Below, piece by piece: positions 52,914 through 62,568 of a stretch of DNA of 64,000 bases. The first letter of the stretch is position 1; the number at the start of each line of letters is the position of its first letter. The notes below the pieces were generated by a model, which was given only the letters and a program-made list of their open reading frames with translations, ran no database searches and was not told the origin of the DNA. This stretch comes from a virus. The position numbers were made by a program, and so were the translations under genes. The stretch spans positions 1 through 64,000 of the IMG/VR virus record IMGVR_UViG_3300028558_000022. One strand, 5' to 3'.

Positions 52914-53678
52914 TTAGAAGTGGAGAAGTAGGTATACAGCTCCCCCGGCGCCCAGTGCTAGGCCACGGAGAAACCAATTGCGCTTGCTTTTGTTGTCTGC
53001 TGCCTTCTGAGCGGCGAGCTGGGTCTTGCATACTTTCTCGTCGTCAGTGACGGTGAGTTTGAGACCGGCGATTTGTTGCTTCTGCCCGTCGATCACATTG
53101 TTCGCACCGGTAAGCTCTTGTTGAGTGTTCGCGGCGACGGTCGTTTCGTCTTTAAGGTTCGCCTCAAGCACGGGAACCTGTTCGAGCTTCTGAACCGTAG
53201 CGCGGGCCGCCGTATCCGATACGGTGATGCCGTTTGATGTTGCTGTCAGCTCGGACTTGTCTACTCCGGCAAGCTCGGCCCAATGAGCACCGAGATCAGG
53301 GAGAGGCATCGTCTTATCGGCTGCCTGTTGCTGTTGAAGGACAATGGTTCGGTTCGCCATTGAAGCGGCAAGCCGGGCGTTCTCTGACGCCATCTCCGAA
53401 ACCAAAGCCTGATATTGAGAGCTGAGCTGGGCGACCTGTGCGGCCATTGCCGCATCCTTCGCCTGTTGCTCTTTGAGTTGCTGTACCGCTATCGCGGCGG
53501 ATTGGCTGGTGGCGGCGGCCCGTGTATCTAGCCAACGGTTGCCAAACCACGTCCCAGCTAAGAGCACGAGGAAGACGATAACAATTCGCTCATGCTTTTG
53601 GAGCCAGCTTAGCGACTTTGTTACGTCTGCCTTGGCTGCGCTTTCCAGCGCGGTTAGAGGGTTGTTGCTTGTTCCCAT
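52914..53678 (-). CDS. membrane-anchored coiled-coil protein (possible spanin)
   Basis: N-terminal TM, long coiled coil and C-terminal hydrophobic segment; downstream of the lysis genes. Confidence 0.5.
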   Translation of the reverse strand: MGTSNNPLTALESAAKADVTKSLSWLQKHERIVIVFLVLLAGTWFGNRWLDTRAAATSQSAAIAVQQLKEQQAKDAAMAAQVAQLSSQYQALVSEMASENARLAASMANRTIVLQQQQAADKTMPLPDLGAHWAELAGVDKSELTATSNGITVSDTAARATVQKLEQVPVLEANLKDETTVAANTQQELTGANNVIDGQKQQIAGLKLTVTDDEKVCKTQLAAQKAADNKSKRNWFLRGLALGAGGAVYLLLHF

Positions 53679-53719
53679 CTTTGCCTTTCCCGAAGACGTA
53701 CTCTTCGAGCAAGTTCTTG

Positions 53720-54223
53720 TCAGCTCCGGGGAGCTTCTTGATTACTGCTACCTTCGGTTGATTTCGCATTCTTGACCCTCTCAGCGACCCATGCGCTCAG
53801 CTCGTCGGCAACCTTGCCGTATACGCCCGGCGCCCGGTCGTCAATGAGATTCCCATTCGCTTGTGCGTCGAGAAGTATTCCGAGACAGGCCCGTGCATGG
53901 GCTAGGTGATGTACACCGGAGTCCTTTGCCTTCTCTTCCTTCTCTGACCATGCAGAGATGTGGCGAAGGGCCGCGTCGATATAAATTCGAGCGACAACGT
54001 GCTTTTCGCGCCAATTGCGGAAACCGTACTTGAGATCGCCGTCCAGCATTGCACAAGATTCGTGCGCCATTGCCACCGGGCAAACCTGCCCTAGTGGGAC
54101 TTTCTTGATTCCGAGCAAGTCCTTGGGATTCGTTCCCGTTGCCTTGGACGTTGCTCCCGTAGCGGTTCGGGAGAGATTTGAACCGTGCTCTTTCTCCCAA
54201 GCCGTTCCATCTGCTAAACTCAT
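53720..54223 (-). CDS. dATP/dGTP diphosphohydrolase (DUF5664-like)
   Basis: NPKD..G.KK, G..KYG..NWR, Y..A..RH, DSG.HHL.HA.AC and DDR. Confidence 0.85.
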   Translation of the reverse strand: MSLADGTAWEKEHGSNLSRTATGATSKATGTNPKDLLGIKKVPLGQVCPVAMAHESCAMLDGDLKYGFRNWREKHVVARIYIDAALRHISAWSEKEEKAKDSGVHHLAHARACLGILLDAQANGNLIDDRAPGVYGKVADELSAWVAERVKNAKSTEGSSNQEAPRS

Positions 54224-54241
54224 TCTCCTCCTGCTCTTGGA

Positions 54242-55606
54242 TTACGCCGCGATCTTCAGCTCTCGTGAAGTAGTGATCGCGGGTTGTGCTTCATCGTTGT
54301 AGAACGCCATGCCGACAAGACCTTCGTCTTTGTTCCAAACGTATGCCTCGGCTGCCCTGATGTTTCCAACGAAGCCATTCTCGCTGTGCCAATCGTCCGG
54401 GGGACAGAGGGCGGGGAGCACGCGGACGCGAACGCCGTGTTGCTCATCCATCTTTGTCATGTGTGTATGCCCGGTATGGCACTCGCGAAACTTTGTCGAT
54501 CCGAACATCTCCGGCTTTTCTGTAGCCATCAGCAACGGGTAATCTGTGCGCTTGCCCTTGTCACCGTGCGTGAACATGAGCATGACCTTGCCGTGCTGGA
54601 AATACTTGCGGAGTGTTGGTTCGTTGTCGATCTCAACGTCTGTGTACTTGTGGAAGTAACATTCGAGAGAATCGCCCAGATGCCAAACGGACTGCTGATC
54701 GTGGTTACCGCTCACCATCACAACCCGAACTGGGGCAATCTGGCGAAGACGTTCGATGCACGCCGTAATTGTCTTGCGGACCTTCCAGAAGGTTTTGTAG
54801 TAGCGACCGTCCGTCGTCACACGGGTACCGCGCGTCGTCTGATCTTCGAGGTTGTCCGAGTTGAACAAGTCGTTGCCGACAACGAAGACGACCTGATCGT
54901 ACTTGTAACCCTTTGAGCGTTCGATGAGAGTCTCAAGAGCACGAATGAACATGCCCTCAGCAATCTTGACATCGTAGTTCTCGTAGCCGGTCTCGACGCC
55001 CCATGCGAGCTTGCCGAAGTGAGTGTCGGGGATGTTGATTTCCAACACGTTGCCGGATCGCACAATCGACCGAACAACCGGAGACGGGATACGAGCGGCG
55101 GCCTTGGCGTCTGCCTTCAGGCGCTCGATCTCTTTGCGGATCGCAATGACTTCGGTACGGCGCCTGAAAGTGGCCTTGATTTGGAACAGCTCTTCAACGA
55201 CTATACCTTTGAGTTGTCCGTCTGCCTTATCAGCGGCACCCATCTCCCATTTGTTCGCGATGAAGCGTTCGACTTCCCACACGGAAGTGTCAATTTGAAA
55301 ACGCTCAATCAACTCTGGAAGGGTTTGAATCCGGCTCTTGAGAGTTAAATCCCACTTGTCGCCGTGGAAGACACTCGTCTCTTCCGGCTCTTGTGGCTTT
55401 TGGGATTTGGCCGGTCCGAGTCCCGCAGCGTTGCGAAACTGGGTGAAGTCTGAAAAGTATTTAGACCACTGAGAATCTTTATTGAACTTCCCGTGGTGTC
55501 TATAGAAATCGCGATTGATCGTCGCGTTAGGGAACTTCTGTCCAAGGCGTTTTAGATCATCGATCAGTTCCCTCTTGGATGGGAACCCCTTCGTCCTACT
55601 ACTCAT
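54242..55606 (-). CDS. phage metallophosphoesterase-domain protein
   Basis: PDTHFG, GND, GNHD, THGD and GHTH; GGAGG RBS before ATG 55606. Confidence 0.82.
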   Translation of the reverse strand: MSSRTKGFPSKRELIDDLKRLGQKFPNATINRDFYRHHGKFNKDSQWSKYFSDFTQFRNAAGLGPAKSQKPQEPEETSVFHGDKWDLTLKSRIQTLPELIERFQIDTSVWEVERFIANKWEMGAADKADGQLKGIVVEELFQIKATFRRRTEVIAIRKEIERLKADAKAAARIPSPVVRSIVRSGNVLEINIPDTHFGKLAWGVETGYENYDVKIAEGMFIRALETLIERSKGYKYDQVVFVVGNDLFNSDNLEDQTTRGTRVTTDGRYYKTFWKVRKTITACIERLRQIAPVRVVMVSGNHDQQSVWHLGDSLECYFHKYTDVEIDNEPTLRKYFQHGKVMLMFTHGDKGKRTDYPLLMATEKPEMFGSTKFRECHTGHTHMTKMDEQHGVRVRVLPALCPPDDWHSENGFVGNIRAAEAYVWNKDEGLVGMAFYNDEAQPAITTSRELKIAA

Positions 55607-55677
55607 CTGCCTCCATACGTGGATTTGACACCGACTGCTCAATCATAATAGCAAAATCGGGACGAAATTGCAAGTGA

Positions 55678-56058
55678 TTATTTTGCCTTTTTCGCCTTGG
55701 GTTTCGGTTTGGCTGGAGCCTTCGGTTTGGTCTGACTCTTGCGAGCGCGGGCCGGGGCCATCACCGGATCGGGCGCCATGTAGAAAGTTCGGAAGTCGTC
55801 GCGGAGATCGCGAAAGCCGCGATCAGTTACGGCCTGTAATGTACTGAACCCGCTCGCGATTGTCTCTGTCTGCTTTGTAAGTTCGGTGTTCGCAATGGCT
55901 ACGTCGGACTTGAGACCCTTGAGGTCTTTCTCGCGAATGTCCTTAACCCAGTTCAAGCCGTTAAACACGGCCCATAGACCTCCGACTAAACCTGCCCAAA
56001 ATTTGATTTCAGGGTAGAGCTTAATGAGAAGTGAAGGGTCAATGTTCGATTGGATCAC
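55678..56058 (-). CDS. single-TM protein of the lysis region
   Basis: N-terminal TM; basic tail. Confidence 0.6.
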   Translation of the reverse strand: MIQSNIDPSLLIKLYPEIKFWAGLVGGLWAVFNGLNWVKDIREKDLKGLKSDVAIANTELTKQTETIASGFSTLQAVTDRGFRDLRDDFRTFYMAPDPVMAPARARKSQTKPKAPAKPKPKAKKAK

Positions 56059-56333
56059 TGCTGGTCTCCATCTTTGTCCGCATCCTTCCGGCCAAACTTA
56101 TTGCCAAGGTATGCGCTCGCTCCGGCAGCGAGTACAGCCGCGATGCCGTAAAACTGTCCTTCCGTTGGAAGAGACTTGTGTACGACAAAGTTCGCGATCA
56201 TCAGGCCCGATAGCGTACCGCCGACCATTAGGCCGAGAATACGACTTGAGCTTCCGTTACCGTTCGGCTCTGAGGGTATGGTTTTGATCCACTTACCGCA
56301 CGAACCGAGTAATGCAAAAATCTTTTGCCACAT
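56055..56333 (-). CDS. putative holin
   Basis: G.SS.R motif, two TM segments and a charged C-terminus; next to the hydrolase. Confidence 0.6.
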   Translation of the reverse strand: MWQKIFALLGSCGKWIKTIPSEPNGNGSSSRILGLMVGGTLSGLMIANFVVHKSLPTEGQFYGIAAVLAAGASAYLGNKFGRKDADKDGDQQ

Positions 56334-56339
56334 GATGCC

Positions 56340-56744
56340 TCACACGAACAAGGCCAAGGTGTTCATCTCCATTACGCGGCGATGCACTTCTGACTGGCCC
56401 AGAATCTTCTCTTTGAAGAACGGAGTCGAAACGTCCCGTGTGTCGCACCAGTAAAGGGCGCCGTTCGAGTGATCGTTCGTACCGTCGTAGATGCCCTCTA
56501 CTTCGTGAAGCAATCTCACGAATCCCGGCTCCCATATTGCGGGCGTGCCGGTCGGCATCTCGGTTGTTGCTGCGAAGTTTGGAATTTTGTCGAGAACCTC
56601 AAGGACCGTTCCCCATCCAAGGCGAACCCGGTTCATTAGGCACGACATAATCATGCAAGCGGCCAAATGACCACCGTACTGTTTTCCCCAGCGCCATCCC
56701 GTAAGGACTAGCTGAGACTTTTGAAAATCGTCTTGACGAAGCAC
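56340..56744 (-). CDS. SleB/Hydrolase_2-like cell wall hydrolase homolog
   Basis: NRV..GWG and D.SNGALYW; the usual catalytic Glu is not apparent. Confidence 0.55.
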   Translation of the reverse strand: MLRQDDFQKSQLVLTGWRWGKQYGGHLAACMIMSCLMNRVRLGWGTVLEVLDKIPNFAATTEMPTGTPAIWEPGFVRLLHEVEGIYDGTNDHSNGALYWCDTRDVSTPFFKEKILGQSEVHRRVMEMNTLALFV

Positions 56745-56757
56745 GTTACCTCAGTTC

Positions 56758-56806
56758 TTTGACAAAATGACAAACAATTGACAAGGCCCCAGCACTGTGA
56801 TAAACC
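56758..56806 (+). promoter_or_regulatory. degenerate operator plus rightward promoter inside the late region
   Basis: TTTGACAAAATGACAAA; TTGACA(56778)-17 nt-TAAACC. Confidence 0.55.
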
Positions 56807-56823
56807 TCTCTGATGGAGGTTCT

Positions 56824-56961
56824 ATGTTGTCAGTGATTACGGGCCTTGTACTGATTGTCGGTGCGATTTGCTACTTGGGGTTGATTATTCTTCGAGTCAT
56901 GTTTCCTACTGACCCAGCGCCCCCGCTACGCTCTGGTAGACGTTCTTCAGACCACTTCTGA
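56824..56961 (+). CDS. small antisense membrane protein (45 aa, moron-like)
   Basis: GGAGG RBS; MLSVITGLVLIVGAICYLGLIILRVMFP... Confidence 0.6.
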   Translation: MLSVITGLVLIVGAICYLGLIILRVMFPTDPAPPLRSGRRSSDHF

Positions 56962-58978
56962 TCGACTCTGAGTTCTGGGCTAACGTGCCCCGAGCTACAT
57001 TCGCAGCCGTCTTAGCGGTCCCGCTGTTGGCGGCCTTCCCAGCCGCCCGGAACGTTGCCCAGACTGCCGGGTGATTCGCGACGTAGTTGAGCATTTCCCT
57101 GCCCTTGGCGATCCCGCCGCCTTCAGCGACAGTCAAGCCGAGCAAGGTACCAAGCCCGACGCCTAACGGCCCGGACACCGGTCCCAACGCTCCTGCCGCC
57201 GCGCCAACTCCGCCGAGTACGCCGAGTCGCGTAAGATGCTGAAGCTCTGCGGCTGACTGAGCGTCGCGAACGAGTTTATTCAACCCGTTCTTGGCATTGT
57301 TCATGTCGAACAGGTTGCCCTTCGTCTCTTCATTCACCCGCTTCCAAGTCTCAATGAACTTCGCCGGGTTGAACCGGTCGTTTTCAACTGAGTCTTGCAG
57401 CATCGTTCCGAATACCTGCCGTCCGAATTGCTTCAAACCGTCGTATCCGACAATGCCCTCAAGGGCGTCCGTGTTGAACCGAATCTTACCGGCTGTAGGA
57501 AGTGCCGTACCGTTACGCACGACGCCGACAAAATCCTTGGCAGCATCGTCAACCTTACCGTCTCTCAACTTCTGAATGACAGGGTTGTCGAACAGGTTGA
57601 TCTTGTCACGATAGTTCGCCCGGAGCTGACGGTAATCCGAGAGTGCCGAAGCATCCCCGGACTGTTCGGCTAAGTGTTCGATGGTTTCATCCATCGGAGA
57701 CACCTTGTCACCAAAGCCGTTAATGAGCGAACGCAGTGCGCGTGAGTTCACATCACCGTACTCGTAAGAGTCGGCTAGTTTGCGGACTGTCTGACGTAGT
57801 GTTACAAGATCGTTGACCTTGTACGGAGGGGCGAGCTTTGTTGTAGCTTCGGCCTCATTAGCGGGTATGGTATTTCCGAACTGATCGAGTAGACCGGACG
57901 GTTCGGCTGCGGCTTCCCCTTCACCGGGCAGCTCACCTGAAGCGATGGATTCCAGAAGGGACTTTACTTTCTTATCGAGTCTGTCGCCCGCCGCTTGTTT
58001 CGCCTGTGAAACAGTTGGGTGTTCCTCAGGGTTCGGTTCAGAGAGAAGTTCCTTTGCTTTACCGGCAAGAGGATTGTCCTGTGCGCTGACCTCAGCACCT
58101 TGAAGCCTGTCGTTTAAGTCCTGAATACCGGACTCGTAGTTTGTATGGAGATCATCCTTTGCCTTATTGATCTTGTTAGAGATCGACTGGGCAACTTCTT
58201 CTTTCGTCGGGGCGTTACCAGCGACTCTCGCGAGATTCGCAGCGCCCTCGGCAGATGATCCGAAATGACTAAGGACTTTCCCGACAGCGCCGGTCCCCGT
58301 AGACAATGCACCGGCAGTCGCGCCAGTTGTTGCCGCATCCTTGGCAGCTTCTCCCGCATCACCAGTACGAGCGAGAGTCTGGGCGCCTTGTACGATGCCC
58401 GCCTCAGTTCCATGAAGTCCAGCTTCTTTCAGAACAGAAGCGCCAACCTTCAGAGCTTGTACGATTCGAGGAGAACCTTCAACAGTCCTCATTGTCTTGG
58501 CAGCGATTTCCAAACGCTTTGCCAGAGGCAGAGCTTTCAGAGCTTCATCACCTAGCATGAACTCCATCAGGGTTTCGCCACCATACCCAACTTCTTGAGC
58601 GGTTCCCTGAGGGGTTGCCATTTCCTTTACGTGCTGAAGATCGGCGGGCTTTCCAAATCCGAAATTGGAATTTGTAAGTACCGCTGGAAGATGCTTGCGT
58701 GCCCATTCATCCGTACCGGACAACGTACTGAGTAAGCCCTTACCGGCACCGACAATCGCGTTCCCCGCAGCCTCACCGGTCTTCTCAAGGAACCCTTCAT
58801 CTTGTCCGGGTTGTGAAGTGGATGTCGGCTGTGAAGGCTGACCCGGTGTATTCGGATTGTCTCCGATCACAGCGCCTTGCGGGATCGCAGCTCCCGTAGG
58901 TGCGTCGCCAATTGTGGCGCCTTGCGGGATAGCGGCACCCGGAGATGCCGCCTGAGTTGGATCGTTCAAACCTGCCAT
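56906..58978 (-). CDS. internal virion/DNA ejection protein
   Basis: Ala/Gly-rich helical 690-aa protein, third in an ejection-type gene trio. Confidence 0.65.
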   Translation of the reverse strand: MAGLNDPTQAASPGAAIPQGATIGDAPTGAAIPQGAVIGDNPNTPGQPSQPTSTSQPGQDEGFLEKTGEAAGNAIVGAGKGLLSTLSGTDEWARKHLPAVLTNSNFGFGKPADLQHVKEMATPQGTAQEVGYGGETLMEFMLGDEALKALPLAKRLEIAAKTMRTVEGSPRIVQALKVGASVLKEAGLHGTEAGIVQGAQTLARTGDAGEAAKDAATTGATAGALSTGTGAVGKVLSHFGSSAEGAANLARVAGNAPTKEEVAQSISNKINKAKDDLHTNYESGIQDLNDRLQGAEVSAQDNPLAGKAKELLSEPNPEEHPTVSQAKQAAGDRLDKKVKSLLESIASGELPGEGEAAAEPSGLLDQFGNTIPANEAEATTKLAPPYKVNDLVTLRQTVRKLADSYEYGDVNSRALRSLINGFGDKVSPMDETIEHLAEQSGDASALSDYRQLRANYRDKINLFDNPVIQKLRDGKVDDAAKDFVGVVRNGTALPTAGKIRFNTDALEGIVGYDGLKQFGRQVFGTMLQDSVENDRFNPAKFIETWKRVNEETKGNLFDMNNAKNGLNKLVRDAQSAAELQHLTRLGVLGGVGAAAGALGPVSGPLGVGLGTLLGLTVAEGGGIAKGREMLNYVANHPAVWATFRAAGKAANSGTAKTAANVARGTLAQNSESIRSGLKNVYQSVAGALGQ

Positions 58979-58987
58979 CTATTTCCT

Positions 58988-61756
58988 TTACTGACCTTGA
59001 TACTGGTAGGAGAAGGTCTTCCCGTCCGCAGAGTAACCAGCAAACTTACCGTTCACCCAGACAGGCTTTTCGTTCGGCTGAGCCTGACGTACACCTTGCG
59101 GAATCTGAGGAGCTGACTGCAATCCGATTGCCTGAGCGACCGTCTGTCCCGGCCTTCCGCGACCATCGGAAGAACCGAAGATCGTACCGCCTGTGTCCAT
59201 ATCGCCGATGATGTTGGTTAGTTCTGGCATCATCTTGATTGTCTTCAGAGCGTCCGGGCTTACGAGACCGGGGAAGTTACGACCAAACACACGCTTCCAG
59301 TCGTTGTTCGTTTCTTTCAACCGGTATGCAGAAGTCTCGGCAAATCTCTTGAGCTGCTCTTGGAGCTGTGCTGTTGAGAAGTGCATTGCGAGCAAATCGT
59401 CGCCAGCTTTCTTGTCGGATTCCGTCAGCGCATGGTTGTTGTTCAGAAACGTCATGAACTCGGACTTGACCGGCTGGATCGCCGCAAGTACGGACGTGAC
59501 GTTCGGATCGCCAAGCGCATCTTTACGAATCGCGTTTAGCGGTTTGTTGAGAAGAGGAGAACCGGTGTTCCGCAGATTGTTAACCGCCTCAGACGCCGCC
59601 CCGATATGATCGAACAGCGTGTTAAACGACTTGATCTGCTGAGACGCCTTGCCCGAATCCGTTGTGAAGTCCTTCCACTTGTCGAGCTTCAATTCAGCGT
59701 TCGCCGGGTTGAAGTTCGGGTTGATCTTCTTCGCAAGGTCGTAGACCTTCGGACGGTCGGCGGTACGCTGAGAAATCAACTTATCGAGAGCCATCATGTC
59801 CCCACTTGCGGGATCATTTGGGTCTCCGGCAATTGCCTTCGCATCGGCGTAATACGCAGCTTCGTTCTCTGCGTTCTTATCAGCCCGTTCCTGAGCTTGA
59901 CGCTTCAGAAGCTCATCGTTCTCAGCCTTCTTCTTTAGGGCATCGCCCTTCAAGAAAGCCTGTTGGTCGTAGTGATTGATTAGGCTTGAGCCGCCGTAGA
60001 GTGCCATGATCTTTCCGGCCTCTTGCGGGTTCTTGGCGCCAAGCTCACCAATCGCCTTCGAGTAGTTCGGGATGCCATTCTGAGAAGTGGCGTTCAGGTA
60101 CGGTTGAAAATCCATCAAGGCGTCAACGAGAGTTGGATCGTCTTGAACGGCCTTTGCAAGATCGACCGGCTCATACGCGTCCTTCTCGCCCGGCTGAGGG
60201 GTTTGAGGGTTGTCGAGTCCAACGGCCTTCGAGATCGCATCAACGTACTGCTTTGTCTCTCCGTTGTCCGGTACATGATCCGTAACGTTGCCCGGCCCAG
60301 CGTTATACGCCGCGAGCGCGAGCTTCGTGTCGCCCTTGTATTGATCGAGCAACTGTTTAAGGTAGCGAACTCCGCCGTCGATATTCTGCTGTGCGTTGGT
60401 CGGATCGCTTACGCCCAAAGTTTTTGCAGTATCAGGCATCAATTGCATGACGCCTACTGCGCCTTTCGGACTTTTCGCGTTCGGGTTGCCGCCTGATTCT
60501 TGCATGGCAACTGCCCGTACAAGAGCCTTCGGGACTCCATAACGATTCGCCGCGTCGTCAACAATTGTCTGAATTGACTGGTCGTGCATTGTCGGCAACT
60601 GTAATGGCACATTGCCATTTTCAACGCCATCGTTGAGCGAACCGTAGTAGTCCTTTATGTCGCCTTCCGCGAGACGAAGGGCGCCGATCTTTGCCTTGTA
60701 CCCGGCTGCCATGCTGAGGCGCATTGGCAAGCTATCCGGCAGTTTCGACGGCTTACCGTCGCTGTCAGCAAATCCGGGGAGACGATACTTCGCAGCCATA
60801 GCCTTATCTTCAGCCGAGAGGAAATCCCCTGACTTGAAGTGCGGATCAACTACGAGATACTGAACGTCCCACTGAGGTTCGCCGAACTGATTCGTGACTT
60901 GCTCACCGGTCTTTGGATCGACACGCTTAACGACTCCGATAGGGATGGCACTATCCTTCGTGACGTGATACTTCGACAAGTCACTCTCAGCTACCACGCC
61001 CTGAACCGCTTGCGGATACTGTTTCTGCAAAAGCTCGGCAAGTGGTTTGAATTGCTGAACGTAAGAGTCGTTCGCCTCGAAGCCAAGCCTACCCAACTGC
61101 ACCGCGTTCTGGTGAAGACGCATATTCGTGTCTAACACCTGATAGTGGCGAGCGAAGTCGGCCTGTGCCTGTGCGTCCTGCTGTTGTTGCTGTTGTTGCT
61201 TTTCCTGTAGTGCCTGTTGGTAACCCGCTTCACCGGCACGTCCGACAGCTCCCGGTCCCTTTTGGGAAAGGCCCGCAAGCGAGCCACTGATCGCTTCCAT
61301 AGCGATAGCCAAACCGATGTCAGTCTTCGACACCGGTACCGGAGTGCGAGTCATCTCTCCAGTGTTCGCGTCTATCTTCTCTGCGTAACGCGGGCCACCG
61401 GCAAGAGTTTGAGCGATTGTGTGAATGAGTCCGGCCTTCTGGACGGACGGGTGTTGTGAGACATCAGGCGCCGGAGCTTGTGGCGCCGGGGCGTTCGCAT
61501 CCGGCTTACCCGGAGCCGATGGTGACTGTTGCTGCGGACCCTGTTGTGGACCCTGTTGCTGCGGGCCTTGCTGCCCGACCGGAGGTTGAGGGGTACTCGC
61601 GCTCGCCGTCTCTGGGGCCGCGTCGTTCGTTGCAACCTGCCCACCATCGGGCGGATTTGACACACCCTCATACTGAGGTAATGTGCTTGTGTCCGTCGTA
61701 TCGACAGAATCCGTGTTGCTCACTGGAGCATTTGAAGTCGAGATATTATCGCTCAT
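58988..61756 (-). CDS. internal virion protein with SLT lytic transglycosylase domain
   Basis: AVAMQESG, GAVGVMQLMP, NIDGGVRYL, ALAAYNAG and ETKQYV. Confidence 0.88.
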   Translation of the reverse strand: MSDNISTSNAPVSNTDSVDTTDTSTLPQYEGVSNPPDGGQVATNDAAPETASASTPQPPVGQQGPQQQGPQQGPQQQSPSAPGKPDANAPAPQAPAPDVSQHPSVQKAGLIHTIAQTLAGGPRYAEKIDANTGEMTRTPVPVSKTDIGLAIAMEAISGSLAGLSQKGPGAVGRAGEAGYQQALQEKQQQQQQQDAQAQADFARHYQVLDTNMRLHQNAVQLGRLGFEANDSYVQQFKPLAELLQKQYPQAVQGVVAESDLSKYHVTKDSAIPIGVVKRVDPKTGEQVTNQFGEPQWDVQYLVVDPHFKSGDFLSAEDKAMAAKYRLPGFADSDGKPSKLPDSLPMRLSMAAGYKAKIGALRLAEGDIKDYYGSLNDGVENGNVPLQLPTMHDQSIQTIVDDAANRYGVPKALVRAVAMQESGGNPNAKSPKGAVGVMQLMPDTAKTLGVSDPTNAQQNIDGGVRYLKQLLDQYKGDTKLALAAYNAGPGNVTDHVPDNGETKQYVDAISKAVGLDNPQTPQPGEKDAYEPVDLAKAVQDDPTLVDALMDFQPYLNATSQNGIPNYSKAIGELGAKNPQEAGKIMALYGGSSLINHYDQQAFLKGDALKKKAENDELLKRQAQERADKNAENEAAYYADAKAIAGDPNDPASGDMMALDKLISQRTADRPKVYDLAKKINPNFNPANAELKLDKWKDFTTDSGKASQQIKSFNTLFDHIGAASEAVNNLRNTGSPLLNKPLNAIRKDALGDPNVTSVLAAIQPVKSEFMTFLNNNHALTESDKKAGDDLLAMHFSTAQLQEQLKRFAETSAYRLKETNNDWKRVFGRNFPGLVSPDALKTIKMMPELTNIIGDMDTGGTIFGSSDGRGRPGQTVAQAIGLQSAPQIPQGVRQAQPNEKPVWVNGKFAGYSADGKTFSYQYQGQ

Positions 61757-61815
61757 CTAGTTTCCTTAGGCGTTCGCAGTGCTCAATGGCCCGCTCGCTA
61801 CCGGCAGAAGGTTAC

Positions 61816-62568
61816 TCACACCGCCGCCGCCGCTTTATTACCGCTACCGAAGTTCCGCAACATACCGCCAGTAGCCGCGCCAGCCACGCCGCCAAGTGCG
61901 CCCGTCACAGCTTGTACCCAAGAGTTGTTCTCTTGTGCTATCTGGTTTGCCGTGTTCGCGGTTCCCTCTTGCGAGCTTGTCGCAGCATTACCCGCCGATG
62001 TAGCCGGGTTGAATACATTCGGAGCATCTGACAACCGCTCGGCGGCGAACTGATAGTTCTGGCGCCCTTGGTTGTAATTGGCCTGATCGATTTGACTAAG
62101 CTCACTTGAGGTCTGGTTAGCCGCGCTCTCCGCAAGGTTGAGATCGGTCCCCACCTTCGCACCGCTTGTGATGCCGGGTGTATTTCCGCCGCCCTGTGCG
62201 GCCTGTGCTTGGCCGACCGCCTGACGCGCGTTTCTGTACGCCTGACCGGTTGATGTGATCGCGTTCGATTGAAGGTTCGCCTTCTCCGCCGCTGAGAACC
62301 CTTCCTGATTCGGTCCGGCCTGAACGGTCGGTAGGAAAGTGTTGACAAGATCGTTGAACACCTTTGACGAGTTGCCAAAGATTTGCGAAGCCTGTTGAAC
62401 CAACTGCTGAGAGAATTGGGATTGCTGTTGCTGGATTTGATTCTGTGCCGATGTCGCACCGCAGAGCTGTGCAACCGGACCATCGTAATCGAAGGACTCT
62501 TCGTACTCTCGAACGTATTGTCCGCTGGCTTCATCCCAGCTCATGACCAGCGTTGTGTAAATCTTCAT
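61816..62568 (-). CDS. ejection (pilot) protein, P22 gp7/T7 gp14-like position
   Basis: Q/A/G-rich; Y.GPVA.C N-terminal motif; Gly-rich hydrophobic C-terminus. Confidence 0.6.
   Translation of the reverse strand: MKIYTTLVMSWDEASGQYVREYEESFDYDGPVAQLCGATSAQNQIQQQQSQFSQQLVQQASQIFGNSSKVFNDLVNTFLPTVQAGPNQEGFSAAEKANLQSNAITSTGQAYRNARQAVGQAQAAQGGGNTPGITSGAKVGTDLNLAESAANQTSSELSQIDQANYNQGRQNYQFAAERLSDAPNVFNPATSAGNAATSSQEGTANTANQIAQENNSWVQAVTGALGGVAGAATGGMLRNFGSGNKAAAAV

Noticed and set aside
50518-54223. Modified-base (Z or 7-deazaguanine) pathway suggested by the DUF5664-like and MazG-like genes
   Set aside because: No purZ, que/fol or dpdA genes are in the window, and heavy restriction-site avoidance argues against globally protected DNA.
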